A stretch of 40,607 bases of DNA from Reclinomonas americana ATCC 50394 (taxonomy: Eukaryota): the NCBI GenBank assembly GCA_048213135.1, contig PS015264.1, positions 20,538 to 61,144 of the forward strand, written 5' to 3'. The notes under the pieces were generated by a model. The model did no database searches. It worked only from the letters and a program-made list of their open reading frames with translations, and was not told the DNA's origin. Shown here in pieces: positions 24,472 to 35,223 of the stretch (positions are counted from its first letter, which is position 1; every line of letters starts with the position of its first letter). Both the position numbers and the translations under genes were made by a program.

Positions 24472-25554
24472 TCACCACTTCGTGCTCGAAAACTCTTGAT
24501 ACTTGTTCCAGTCGGCGCTTGGCGGTGCTGCTGCTGCAGGTGGCGGAGGAAGTGGCGGTGGGGGCGGTGGTGGCGGCGGTGGTGCTGCTGCTGTTGAAGC
24601 AAAACTGACGGGCGCACCAGGACCGCCGGCAGCCATGATACCGGGGAAAGCCGGCATCAGTGTGGCGATGATGAGGAAGGCGCCAATGGTGGGATCCTCG
24701 GGGCACGCGATGCGAGTGCCGACGCTAGACAACTGCACAAACTCGGATGGCGGCATCGAAGGCACCGGCAGGTGGGCTTCTCCCGTCTGGGAGCGAGCGC
24801 GCCACGGCTCGGAGGCTGTGTTCAGGGGAAGGGATGAGAGAAGATTCACAGCGAGGGAGAGAGAGACATGAACAGGGAAAGTAAGGGAGGCGGTCCTGGT
24901 TCAAATGCGCAAGATATCGATTGGAGCGTGAGGAAGATCGGGTACAAGAGGAAACGAGACAGCAGAAGAGGATTTGGAATGAGTTATGGAAGAAAGGACT
25001 GTACACGTGAAGCGCAAAGGTGTGGGTCAGTGGACGTGCAGTCTCTCCAGAAGCGAGCACTAACAGAAGGGAGGAGAAAAGATCAAAAGAGTTGTCTCTG
25101 GTGTGTGATTTCGCAACTCAGAGCACACTTGACCGATCCGCCTCGGAACAGCATGTCGAGGGTGACGGCAACAGTGGACCAGCAGGGCACAAAACTCTCA
25201 AGCGCATACACACTGTGTATGGAATGCAAGAGTGAGGGAGAGACAGGAGAGCGCAGTCGTGTAAAGAGAAACGACGAAACTTGAGGAGATCCTCCAGCTT
25301 TTGTCCGTGGGCAGCCACCATGGTCTTCACCGCATGCGACGCGTAGAGGACTGTGCACATGACGCAAAGGCGCGGGTCAGTGGTTGTGCAATCTCTCAAT
25401 TGATTGGCAAGCGGCTGGCCAACGGAAGGGAGGAGAAAGTGAACAAGCTGTCGCAGTGTTCGAAGCGGCGTGTCACAGCGAGTCACTCCCAGCAAAGCGG
25501 AGGACGACGTGGGAAACCAGAAAGGGAAAGAAGAGATTAACTCCTAATTGGCAT
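24472..25554 (-). CDS. Possible small multi-exon gene or degenerate gene fragment, Pro-rich C-terminal exon
   Basis: Exon-like blocks have plausible GT/AG ends (LYASHAVKTMVAAHGQKLEDLL|NVYALESFVPCWSTVAVTLDMLFRGGS; ASEPWRAR...FPGIMAAGG...PPPPPPPPPP...TKW*). I could not join them all in one frame. Confidence 0.3.
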
Positions 25555-25959
25555 GCAGTGGGTGGTCTCGCGCTCTCACTGCGCTTGGAATACCAAAAGT
25601 TTCGAACGAGATGCTCTGAGTGACAGCTCGTGATGTGCGCTTCTCAGCTTGTGCATATCTTTGGCCCCCCAACCCCAAAAAGAATCTGTGCTGTGTGCAG
25701 TGACTGGTGACAAGCATGTACATGCTGCAGAAGAAGAAAAAAGGTGCCGAAAGACTACATATCAGAGATGACAACTTGTGACACGCTCTCTCAATACTCA
25801 GGTAATCTCCCTCCCTCTCTATCTCCCTGACTCTCTCTCCCACGACTCTCTCTCTCTCTCTCTCTCCTTACTGTAAAAATGAAAACTCGTGGACGCGTAC
25901 GTCGCTATCGTTCGGTCACTGCACCCACGGCGCAGCGTTGCGCTGTGTCGACACACAAG

Positions 25960-27913
25960 TCACTCTGGACAAGCTGGTGAGCTCTCCCACTGCGCAATGT
26001 GTGGCACATACAGCGCATAGAACCCTAACATTGGGAGGAGGANNNNNNNNNNNNNNNNNNNNNNNNNNNNNNNNNNNNNNNNNNNNNNNNNNNNNNNNNN
26101 NNNNNNNNNNNNNNNNNNNNNNNNNNNNNNNNNNNNNNNNNNNNNNNNNNNNNNNNNNNNNNNNNNNNNNNNNNNNNNNNNNNNNNNNNNNNNNNNNNNN
26201 NNNNNNNNNNNNNNNNNNNNNNNNNNNNNNNNNNNNNNNNNNNNNNNNNNNNNNNNNNNNNNNNNNNNNNNNNNNNNNNNNNNNNNNNNNNNNNNNNNNN
26301 NNNNNNNNNNNNNNNNNNNNNNNNNNNNNNNNNNNNNNNNNNNNNNNNNNNNNNNNNNNNNNNGGAGGGAGGGAGAGAGTCTCGTTCCTCCCTCCCTCCC
26401 ACCACCCCGCACCACTCACCTTTGCAGTCGGTGCCGACCAGCAACACGATACCGGGAAACGTGGCGTAATTGGCCTCCAACATGGTAACCAGCGCCGGCA
26501 CAAACATGCGGCTGCTACGAAGCCGGCGAGGAGACATGACCAGCAGTGAGTCCACCGTGAAAGGCACAGGCGTGTTCGGTGTGCACGATCCGAACATGCC
26601 CGGAACAAACGATTGCAGCGGCACTGGCGGCGGTGGAGGAGGCGGTGGAGGCGGTGGTGGTGCAACGACCGTTGGAATGATCGAGAACAATGGTGGTGCA
26701 CAGCTCTCCCCAGCAAAGGTTGCCTGCAGGAGATAATAAGTCAGTTGCAAACTCCGCGGACGAAAAAATCCCATACACCACCAATAAAAAAACGTTCGCG
26801 AATATGTGCAGTGCCCTGACGTCAACACTCCTTCTGCACACGTACAAAAGACATTGCTCTGTTTTCACGGTGTGCATTCGCCTCACTCGTACTTCATCTT
26901 CCCGCGCGTCGTCACGCACAGGCACGCGCTCGACGCTGCGCAAGCATTGTGATTGTAATATTCCCCTCCTAATTGACTGGACACACTCTGTCTTCGCAGT
27001 ATCGGTTGTCTTTCTACTTTGTGCAGCTATCTCTATATGTCTCCCACTGATGCTGTCAGCACCGTGCTATGCGCTGTCCACCCACGATTGCAAGCGTACA
27101 TACCGGTTGGCGGCGACAATGTCGTTTTCTATGCGGGGGGCCGGCGTCCTCCTCGTGCACTTCTTCCTGCTTGCCATGTTGATCGTCGCCACCACCATCG
27201 CCAATGGTGAGTCGAGTGCGCTTCAACAGTGCGCGTCTGTCCTCGCTCGCCACCTGCTGCACCTGCAATGGCGCCAGTGCAGGAGTGGCCATGGTGCCGG
27301 TGACATCGGCGAGGCGACTCGGCGGCTCAGCGCCACGTGCGCGAATCCACCGACGCTCCTTGGCACGACGGTTTTGGAACCAGATCGCCACCACCTTACT
27401 GTGGAGGCAGAGAGAGCGAGAGAGAGGGAAAGTGAGTGTCGATACGGAAAGATTCAAAAACTCTCGCACTGAGTGCTCTACGGAGTGACGTGATCATGAC
27501 GCAACGAGGTGAGGTTGAGGTCGGCTGCAATGCGCGCCTTCTCCAGTGACGACGGGTACCGAGTGTGCGTGAAAAGGCACTCCAGTGCTTGCCTCTGTTT
27601 TGGTTTGTTTTTGCAGTGAGGGATTCTTTTTTGGGAGGAAATCATCATGGCAATACACACACACACACACCTCTTGCTTGGTGAGTCGGCGTGAGGTCCA
27701 CTCCTGCAGCAGCAGCAGCAACAGCAGCACGCGCATTCAGAGAACGTGTGTGGCACAGGGAGAGAGAGAGAGAGGAGATACCTGGACAAGCTTGTCGTCG
27801 ATGCCGTTCTCCTTCTCCCTCTGCTCCTCCTCGAGCTCCTCCTCCTCCTCCTCGGCCTCGCAGTCATGGTATTCGCGCATGAGCGTGGGCGCATACGTCA
27901 TCGGGGGGTTCAT
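25960..27913 (-). CDS. Homeodomain transcription factor (non-TALE, Q50) with acidic N-terminus and poly-Pro C-terminal region
   Basis: The spliced homeodomain reads EWTSRRLTKQE|RQALECLFTHTRYPSSLEKARIAADLNLTS|KVVAIWFQNRRAKERR (about 27703-27345), with the hallmark L16/F20, YP and WFQNRR. The downstream exons and the stop at 25960 are less certain because the model crosses gap 26043-26363. Confidence 0.8.
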
Positions 27914-30032
27914 CTCGCTGCAGCTGCACCTTGCCTCCTCTCTCTCACAAAGAAGAAAAAAGAACACGATGCGCACCGTCGACGGAAATGGCAACTTGTG
28001 ATTTTGTTTTTTGCCACATGTCGCCCACCACCGGCAAACGCCGGCTGGCTGCGATTCGCGAGACGAACATCCTGTGCTCATACTGCATGCCAAGACGGAG
28101 GCTGTGTGTGTGTGTGCGATTTTCTCACGAATATGCACTGCGGCACCGGCATTTTTATTCATCAAACCAAGCAGTGGCATTTCGGAGTGAGCGGCCGCAT
28201 AACAAACGCCGGCGGGGGGTTTCCGGAGGCACAGACCGTTGATCTTTGTCAATAAACGATTGGCTGTTTTCTGCGGGGCGCGTGACCATGCAAGAGATCC
28301 AGAGGCGGGCGCGCGTGCGAATGCTCTTGTTTTCGGTCACAGTTTGGTAATTAGAGTACACTTTAGTGCTCGCTGCGCCTGCTCGACACACGAACAGGGA
28401 GCGAGCGCTGCGGAACGGGTTGTTTAACACTTCGTGGTGTGAGTCTTCACCACGGCCACATGATGCTGTGAAATGCTATGCGCATACGTCAATGTGTTGT
28501 GTGGCGCCAACAGCGATACCTGTAAGTTTCACTGCCCGCTGCGCAGCGATACCGCAACGCTGAGGTGGCCGCCTGTGGTATTTGGTGATGTAACCGCCGC
28601 TGCGACTGCGGAGACTTCCACGTCAATCCCGCCTTTGCCTGTTCGAGGAGGGTTTGGCGACCACGGCCGGACTGAATTTTATTCAATCAAAGAGTCGGCG
28701 AAAACGTTCCGGTCGCCGATATAAATCACGATCGATTGGGCATGTGTCGCCGCGCTCGAGCTCGACGTGGCTGCCTCGGTGCCTCGCAGTCCTGCAGTTG
28801 GCCACAGCATGCCACAGATGGCGACCATTGACAATAATAACGAACGATACAGTGCGTGCGCGGCGCGTGGGGGACGACGACGAATAATCATTTCGATATC
28901 TCAAAGTTGCTGGACAGCGTCGAACACGCAGAGCGGCGCAACGCATCGCGCCGCCGGTATCCGTGACAAAAAAGGCTAAGCTTGTCAATCAATCCGTGCA
29001 CATTGCTGTGCAAGGTAAAACGCTGGCGAAGCTTGATCGCGCAACGGTCATTTCGCGACGGAAAGATGGTCATGGCACAGTGTGGCAAAGGCAATCAAGG
29101 GTCGACCACACGCCGAAGGCCGACGAACGAGCGCCACGCACTGCGGCCGCTGCGCGCACTCCAGCTCTCGACAGCCAATATATGTATAATACGTCCGCCA
29201 GCGCTGCGACTGATTCACGCTGCGATGCGGTCACTGCCTGCCGTGCACATGCTCACCTATAGGGCAGTGTGGAGGAGTGGGGAGCGCAGAGCTGGTGTTC
29301 GTCGGAAATGATGGGGTAAATATTGCGATCGATCGCGCGCCGGTATCGTGATCAGTGACGTCGACAAGAGGAAGGAGAGAGAGAGAGGGAGAGGGAGAGA
29401 GAGAGAGAGAGAGAGAGAGGAGGAGGAGGAGAGAGAGAGAGAGTAGGAGGAGGAGGGAGGGAGGAGGAGGAGGAGGAGGGAGGAGAGAGGTAGCGACGAG
29501 AGGAGGAAGGAGGGAGGGAGGGAGGAGGAGAGAGAGAGAGANNNNNNNNNNNNNNNNNNNNNNNNNNNNNNNNNNNNNNNNNNNNNNNNNNNNNNNNNNN
29601 NNNNNNNNNNNNNNNNNNNNNNNNNNNNNNNNNNNNNNNNNNNNNNNNNNNNNNNNNNNNNNNNNNNNNNNNNNNNNNNNNNNNNNNNNNNNNNNNNNNN
29701 NNNNNNNNNNNNNNNNNNNNNNNNNNNNNNNNNNNNNNNNNNNNNNNNNNNNNNNNNNNNNNNNNNNNNNNNNNNNNNNNNNNNNNNNNNNNNNNNNNNN
29801 NNNNNNNNNNNNNNNNNNNNNNNNNNNNNNNNNNNNNNNNNNNNNNNNNNNNNNNNNNNNNNNNNNNNNNNNNNNNNNNNNNNNNNNNNNNNNNNNNNNN
29901 NNNNNNNNNNNNNNNNNNNNNNNNNNNNNNNNNNNNNNNNNNNNNNNNNNNNNNNNNNNNNNNNNNNNNNNNNNNNNNNNNNNNNNNNNNNNNNNNNNNN
30001 NNNNNNNNNNNNNNNNNNNNNNNNNNNNNNNN

Positions 30033-30074
<42 letters not shown>

Positions 30075-30178
30075 GAGGAGAGGAGGAGGAGGAGAGAGAG
30101 AGAGAGAGAGGAGGAGGAGGAGGGAGAGAGAGGAGGAGAGAGAGAGAGAGAGAGAGGGAGGGAAGGGAGAGAGTTGGC

Positions 30179-30769
30179 CTCGAGTTGTTTTTTCATTAAC
30201 TCGGCCACCATGTCCACCACAACCACCACCACAAGCGAGGAGAGGAGAGAGAGGAAGCGTGAGAATTGACCTGTTTTTGAAGCATGCGCGGAGGACAACT
30301 TGGATCGACGAGAGAAGACTGAGGTTCTTGGTGAAGAGTCGACCACGAGTTGTTTCTTGCTCACCAACTCGACCACCAGATCCACTACCGCCATCACCAC
30401 AGGCGATAAGAGGAGAGGAGGGAGAGAGGAGGAAAGTATCGCAAGACAACTTGGATCACTCATGATCGCAGAGAACAGAGAGAAGGCTGAGGCTTATGAG
30501 TCTACCTCGAGTTGCCTGCTCACACCATATCCACCACCACTGCCACAAATGAGGAGAGGAGGGAGAGAGAAGTTTGACCTTGTTTTCGTCGCAGAGGACA
30601 GCTTGTATGGATACGACGACGTCGAGAGAAGACTGAGGTTCTGAAGACAGAGACGGCCTCGAGTTGTTTGCTCACTGACTGGATCACCAGATGCACCACC
30701 ACCATCACCACCACCACACCGAGGAGAGGAGAGATACAGGAGGAAACGTATCGCAGGACAGCTTGGATC

Positions 30770-30803
<34 letters not shown>

Positions 30804-30870
30804 AAAGGAAGACTGAGTTGCTTGCTCTCTGACTCGATCATCATACTCCACACTCCCGCCACCAACCAAC
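30179..30870. repeat. Diverged tandem repeat, about 150-165 bp units, about 4.5 copies
   Basis: Units begin C(T/A)CGAGTTG at 30179, 30344, 30506 and 30658. Each has a CCACCAC block, a GAGGAGAGGAG block, GACARCTTG and GAAGRCTGAG. Confidence 0.9.
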
Positions 30871-31417
30871 ACGACAACAGAGAGAGGACGTCGCACGTCG
30901 TACCGGTTTGACTCTCGACGACTAACGTTGGACTCACTCACTCAGAACAAGAGNNNNNNNNNNNNNNNNNNNNNNNNNNNNNNNNNNNNNNNNNNNNNNN
31001 NNNNNNNNNNNNNNNNNNNNNNNNNNNNNNNAGCATCAGCAGCGATGCGCCAGCTGCATCGAGTGTAGTCGAGCAAGGTGGTCGTCCGAAGACTGAGTGT
31101 AGGAGGGGGGAGAGTGAGGGATAGAGACAGACGCTTGCAGCAGAGAGCTAAAGACAGCTCTCTCTCTCAAACAGCTTCCCTTCTCTCTCTCTCTCCCCTC
31201 ACAGACGCATTCCTGCACACTGCATGTGTGTGTGAGAGAGGAACGTGCACATGCACACAAGCACAGGGCAAGGGAAAAAAGCAAGCAGACAACACTTCAC
31301 ACCCTCTGCACTCTCTCTCCTCTCGCTCTCTCTCCCCGAGGCACACGTTCACACACACACACGCACACACGGAGAACAGACGAGAGAGAGAGAAAAAGGG
31401 CAACCAAGCACACATGC

Positions 31418-31887
31418 ATGCAGACCTACATGCGCACTCCACTCTGCCACTCGTCGCACACCCTCGCTCTCACCATGTACTCACCCCTCCTTCTTTCTCC
31501 TCTTCCTCTTCTCTCTCCCCTCCCAGCACTCCCTCTGGCCAACATTCGCAGTCTATTCTCGGCCTCTCCGGTGCAATTGCAAGTGGACTGGGTGCGCGAC
31601 ATGATGCAGGCGCGACAGGTGCGACTGGCGGTGCATGCGGATGCGTGTGCGAGGGTGCGCGATTCGTATGTGCCGTTGTATCCGGAGATTAAGGAGTTCT
31701 CCATGGTTTGTTGGAAAAGGGAGAAGGGAGAAGGGAGAAGGGCGAGAGGGAGGGAGGAGGGAGAGAGATGCAAGGTGCAGCTTGTCGTGGTGCTGCTGAG
31801 TGTCAGACTGCGGCGAAAGGGTGCATGAATGCAGAAGCTTGTCGATATTCCAGATGTCTTTCAGTGCGATTTTACGCTTATTCTGCT

Positions 31888-31928
<41 letters not shown>

Positions 31929-32046
31929 GGTACAGCTTGTCGTGGTGCTGCTGGGGGTCAGGGTGCGGCGAAAGGGTGCATGATGCAGACGCTTCGATAC
32001 AACTGTTATCTTTCAGTGCGATTTTACGCTTATCCTGGTGATCGTC

Positions 32047-32085
<39 letters not shown>

Positions 32086-34741
32086 GGTACAGCTTGTCGT
32101 GCTGCTGCTGAGGATTAGGCTGCGGCGAATAGGTGCGCGTGGATGCAGAAGCTTCGATACAACTGTTATCTTTCAGTGCGATTTTACGCTTTTCCTGCTG
32201 ATCATCGATAGAGAGAGAGAGGGAGAGAGAGAGAGAGAGGCGAGGCTTGAGTGTGCTGTTGCGTTGAATCAGACTCCGATGGTGCTCAAGAGAAAGGGTG
32301 TGCATGAATGCAGAGGCTGTTGTTTTGATTGTCATTCTGTGCTATTTTCTCGAGTACGACAGAGTGGTGCATGTGAGAAGGGCGTGCACGTTGTTTTTCA
32401 CGGTGCCTTTCGCAAATTGACGAAGAGAGATGGAGAGATTGAGAGAAAGATGGAAGAGCGAGTCAGGTGCAGCTTGCAGTGTTGCTGCGGAGGATGAAGC
32501 TGCGGCGTAGGGTGCACGTGAATGCAGACGCTTGTCGATACAACTATTATCTTTCAGTGCGATTTCGTTAGTGAAGAGAGAGGCTAGTTTCCGGTGCTCT
32601 GGAGGAACAGGTTGACGACATGCTGAAGAGAAGGGTCCACGTGAATGCTGGTCGATGATCTGGTTGCCTTTCTTTACCTATCAGAATTACTTATTGTTGA
32701 GGAGAAGGGTATGCGAGAGAGCTCATCGAGGTCTTGATTCGGATCTCATTCCTTCTTCTCCTTGTGTCAGGACTTTCTCCACCCCCGCATGCGCGATTTT
32801 GTCGCCGGCAAGATTACGCTCGACGAACTGTCCAGCGACACGGGCATTCCGCGCATCCGCTGCATGCCAGTGTTTACCGAGGAGTTTGAAGAGTTGCGCA
32901 GAGATGCCCAACCTGTTGTTGCCACAATCTCACTCACTTGGGTTGCAGAAAGCTGTTGCTGGAGGTGGAGCGATTCGAGCAGCAGGTCGACGAGAGGTGT
33001 CGGCCGAATTCCATGAACAATGTTGCGTGACTGCGAGGCAAAGGAGCAGATACAGGCAAAGTGAGCGTGCAGCCGCTTACCCTTTGTTGACATGCAGGAG
33101 GGCACCGTCATGTCAGAGCTCGGCATGACTGCATTCTTCGACGCCTTTGTGGAGCACTGTGCGCGTCCCATCGGCGCTCTCTTGTACGCGGATCGCGGAG
33201 GCGCCACTCTCAACACGCAGCATTCGTTCACGGTAAAATGTTGCGTCGCCGTGTTCTCTCAGCGACGGTTCTCTCTCACTCTTGCACACGCGCGCTCTCT
33301 CTCTCTCTGTCTGCCTGTCTGTCTCGCTGTCTCTGTCTCTCTCTCACCTCTCTCTCTAATTATCTGCCTGCTTGCTGTCTGTCTCTCTCTCTCACACACA
33401 CACCGTTCTCTCGCACTCCTGCATTTTCTCTCTCTCTCACTGTTCTCTCGCACTGCTGCACACGCTATCTCTCTCTGTTTCCCTCTCGCTGTCCGTCTAT
33501 CTCTCTCTCTCTCGCTCTCTCTCTGCCTGCCTGTCTCGCTGTCTCTGTTTCACTCGCTGTCTATCTCTCTCTCTCTCTCTCTATCTGTCTGTCGCTGTCT
33601 GTCTCTCACACTCCTTCTCCTTTCTTCTCTCTTTCTCTCCCTGTCTGCGTGCTGCTCTTCTTTTCTCGCGTGTTTCTTTTCTCTCTCTCTTTTCTCTCTC
33701 TCCTCTCTCTCGTCACTTTTCGTCTCTGTTTCTCTCTCTTTATATCTATTTATTTCTCACTCTCTCGTATACGTGCACGTGCAATATGTCTCGCTCGATC
33801 CCTGTCCGTGTGCTTCTCTTCCTTTCTCGCGTGTACAGTCTCTTTCTCTCTTGTCTCTCTATCTTTCTCTTTCTCGTTACTCAGTCTCTATCGCACTCTG
33901 TCTCAGTCTCTCTTGCTCTCTTTCTCTTTATCTATGCGTGTCTCCCTCTCTCTCACTCACAAGTTCAGTTCCCCTACTGCCTCCGTGCCGTCTTCCTTTC
34001 TTCCCCCTCTCCCTCTTCTCACTGATCCCTCACTCCTCCACGCTGTCTTTCTTTTTTCTCTCCCTCTCAATCTCTATTCTCCCCCCTTCCCCCCCTCTCT
34101 CTCCCCCCCTTCTCCCTCCCCCTCTCCCCCTCTCCCTCACTCTCTCCCACTCTCTCACCCTCTCCCTTTTCTCACTCACCTCTCTTTCCCCCTTCCCCTC
34201 TCTGTCTCCCCCGCAGACCGCCCTCAAGGCGACGTCGACCTCGACTTCCACACCGACGACAGCGAGGTCACCTTCAACGTGTGCCTGTCGCACGAATTCA
34301 CCGGTGGCAATCTGTACTTTCGCGGCATTCGTGACGACCCGGCGGAGACCGGCGAGGAGTACGCCGAGTGGGTGCACCAGCCGGGAGTGGGCATTGTTGC
34401 GTTCCGAGAGCTACCGGCGTGTCGGTGTCCTCCGCTTTTTGCTTAACCCCCCGCAGGTGCACCTGGGAGCGCACAGACACGGCGCGCTGCCGATTCGCAG
34501 CGGCACGCGCGTGAATCTAATCGTGTGGTGCCGCTCGCAAGACCACCGCGTGCACGCACTGCTGGACGTGTGGAATCAGCAGGCAGAGGTGCGCGCCGCC
34601 GGCACGTTCCCGTCGCCCGACGAGGACTCGCCAGGGGTGTGTCCGCATTGCGCTCGCCAGCATCCACCAGGCGATCACGATCGTGCCGCCGATGAGGATG
34701 GTGGTGGTGGTGGTGGTGGTGGACCGTATCCGCATGATTAA
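31418..34741 (+). CDS. 2-oxoglutarate/Fe(II)-dependent dioxygenase, PLOD (lysyl hydroxylase) catalytic-domain-like; 5' end uncertain (secure from 31552)
   Basis: Spliced product: PVFTEEFE|EKLLLEVE...RPNSMNN|EG...HSFTVK|YRPQGDVDLDFHTDDSEVTFNVCL...FTGGNLYF...HLGAHRHGALPIRSGTRVNLIVW. It has the HxD...H iron triad and the 2OG-binding Arg. Confidence 0.88.
31763..32570. repeat. Intronic array of about 125-bp units separated by (GA)n
   Basis: ATGCAAGGTRCAGCTTGTCGT...TGCGGCGAA...TCTTTCAGTGCGATTTTACGCTT occurs three times in tandem, with a fourth diverged copy at about 32465-32570. Confidence 0.9.
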
Positions 34742-34764
34742 ATGCAATGACAATAGATCTCTCT

Positions 34765-35192
34765 TTACTCTCCATCTCTGCTGCTGCGCCCCACCAGCGG
34801 CGACACCACCACTCGATCGGCTCCGCGGCCGACCACGCGAGTGGCGGGCGAGAGGCGGAACGGAATGCAGTTGGAGAAGTAGGGGAAGTCGAAGGAGGTG
34901 CGTTGGCCGGCGCAGACGTTGGGGACGGGCATGAGTCTGCGGGAGGGGGGGAGAGGGAAAGGGTGGGGAGGGGAGGATGAGGGGACAGGGGAGGGAGCGG
35001 GTTGAGGGGAAAAGGGTGTGTGAAGCAAGCAGATGGGGTAGAGGAACAGGGCGGAAGGGGGGTTGAGAGACCGGGAGGAAAGACACGGGAGTAAGCTGAA
35101 CTGAGGAGCGGTAATGGACGAAGACCAGGATAAAGAGGGCGAGAAGAGTGCAGGACAATGGGATGAGAGAGGGTCAGTGATGTCCGAGAGAC

Positions 35193-35223
<31 letters not shown>

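Noticed and set aside
30179-32570. Regularly spaced repeats suggestive of a CRISPR array
   Set aside because: Units are long and diverged, spacers are not unique, there are no cas genes, and the context is eukaryotic.
33092-34741. 549-aa ORF and other long Leu/Ser/Pro- or Arg/Glu/Gly-rich ORFs (e.g. 14355-15701, 9083-9904)
   Set aside because: These are read-through of stop-poor CT/GA-rich introns. The real exons switch frame.
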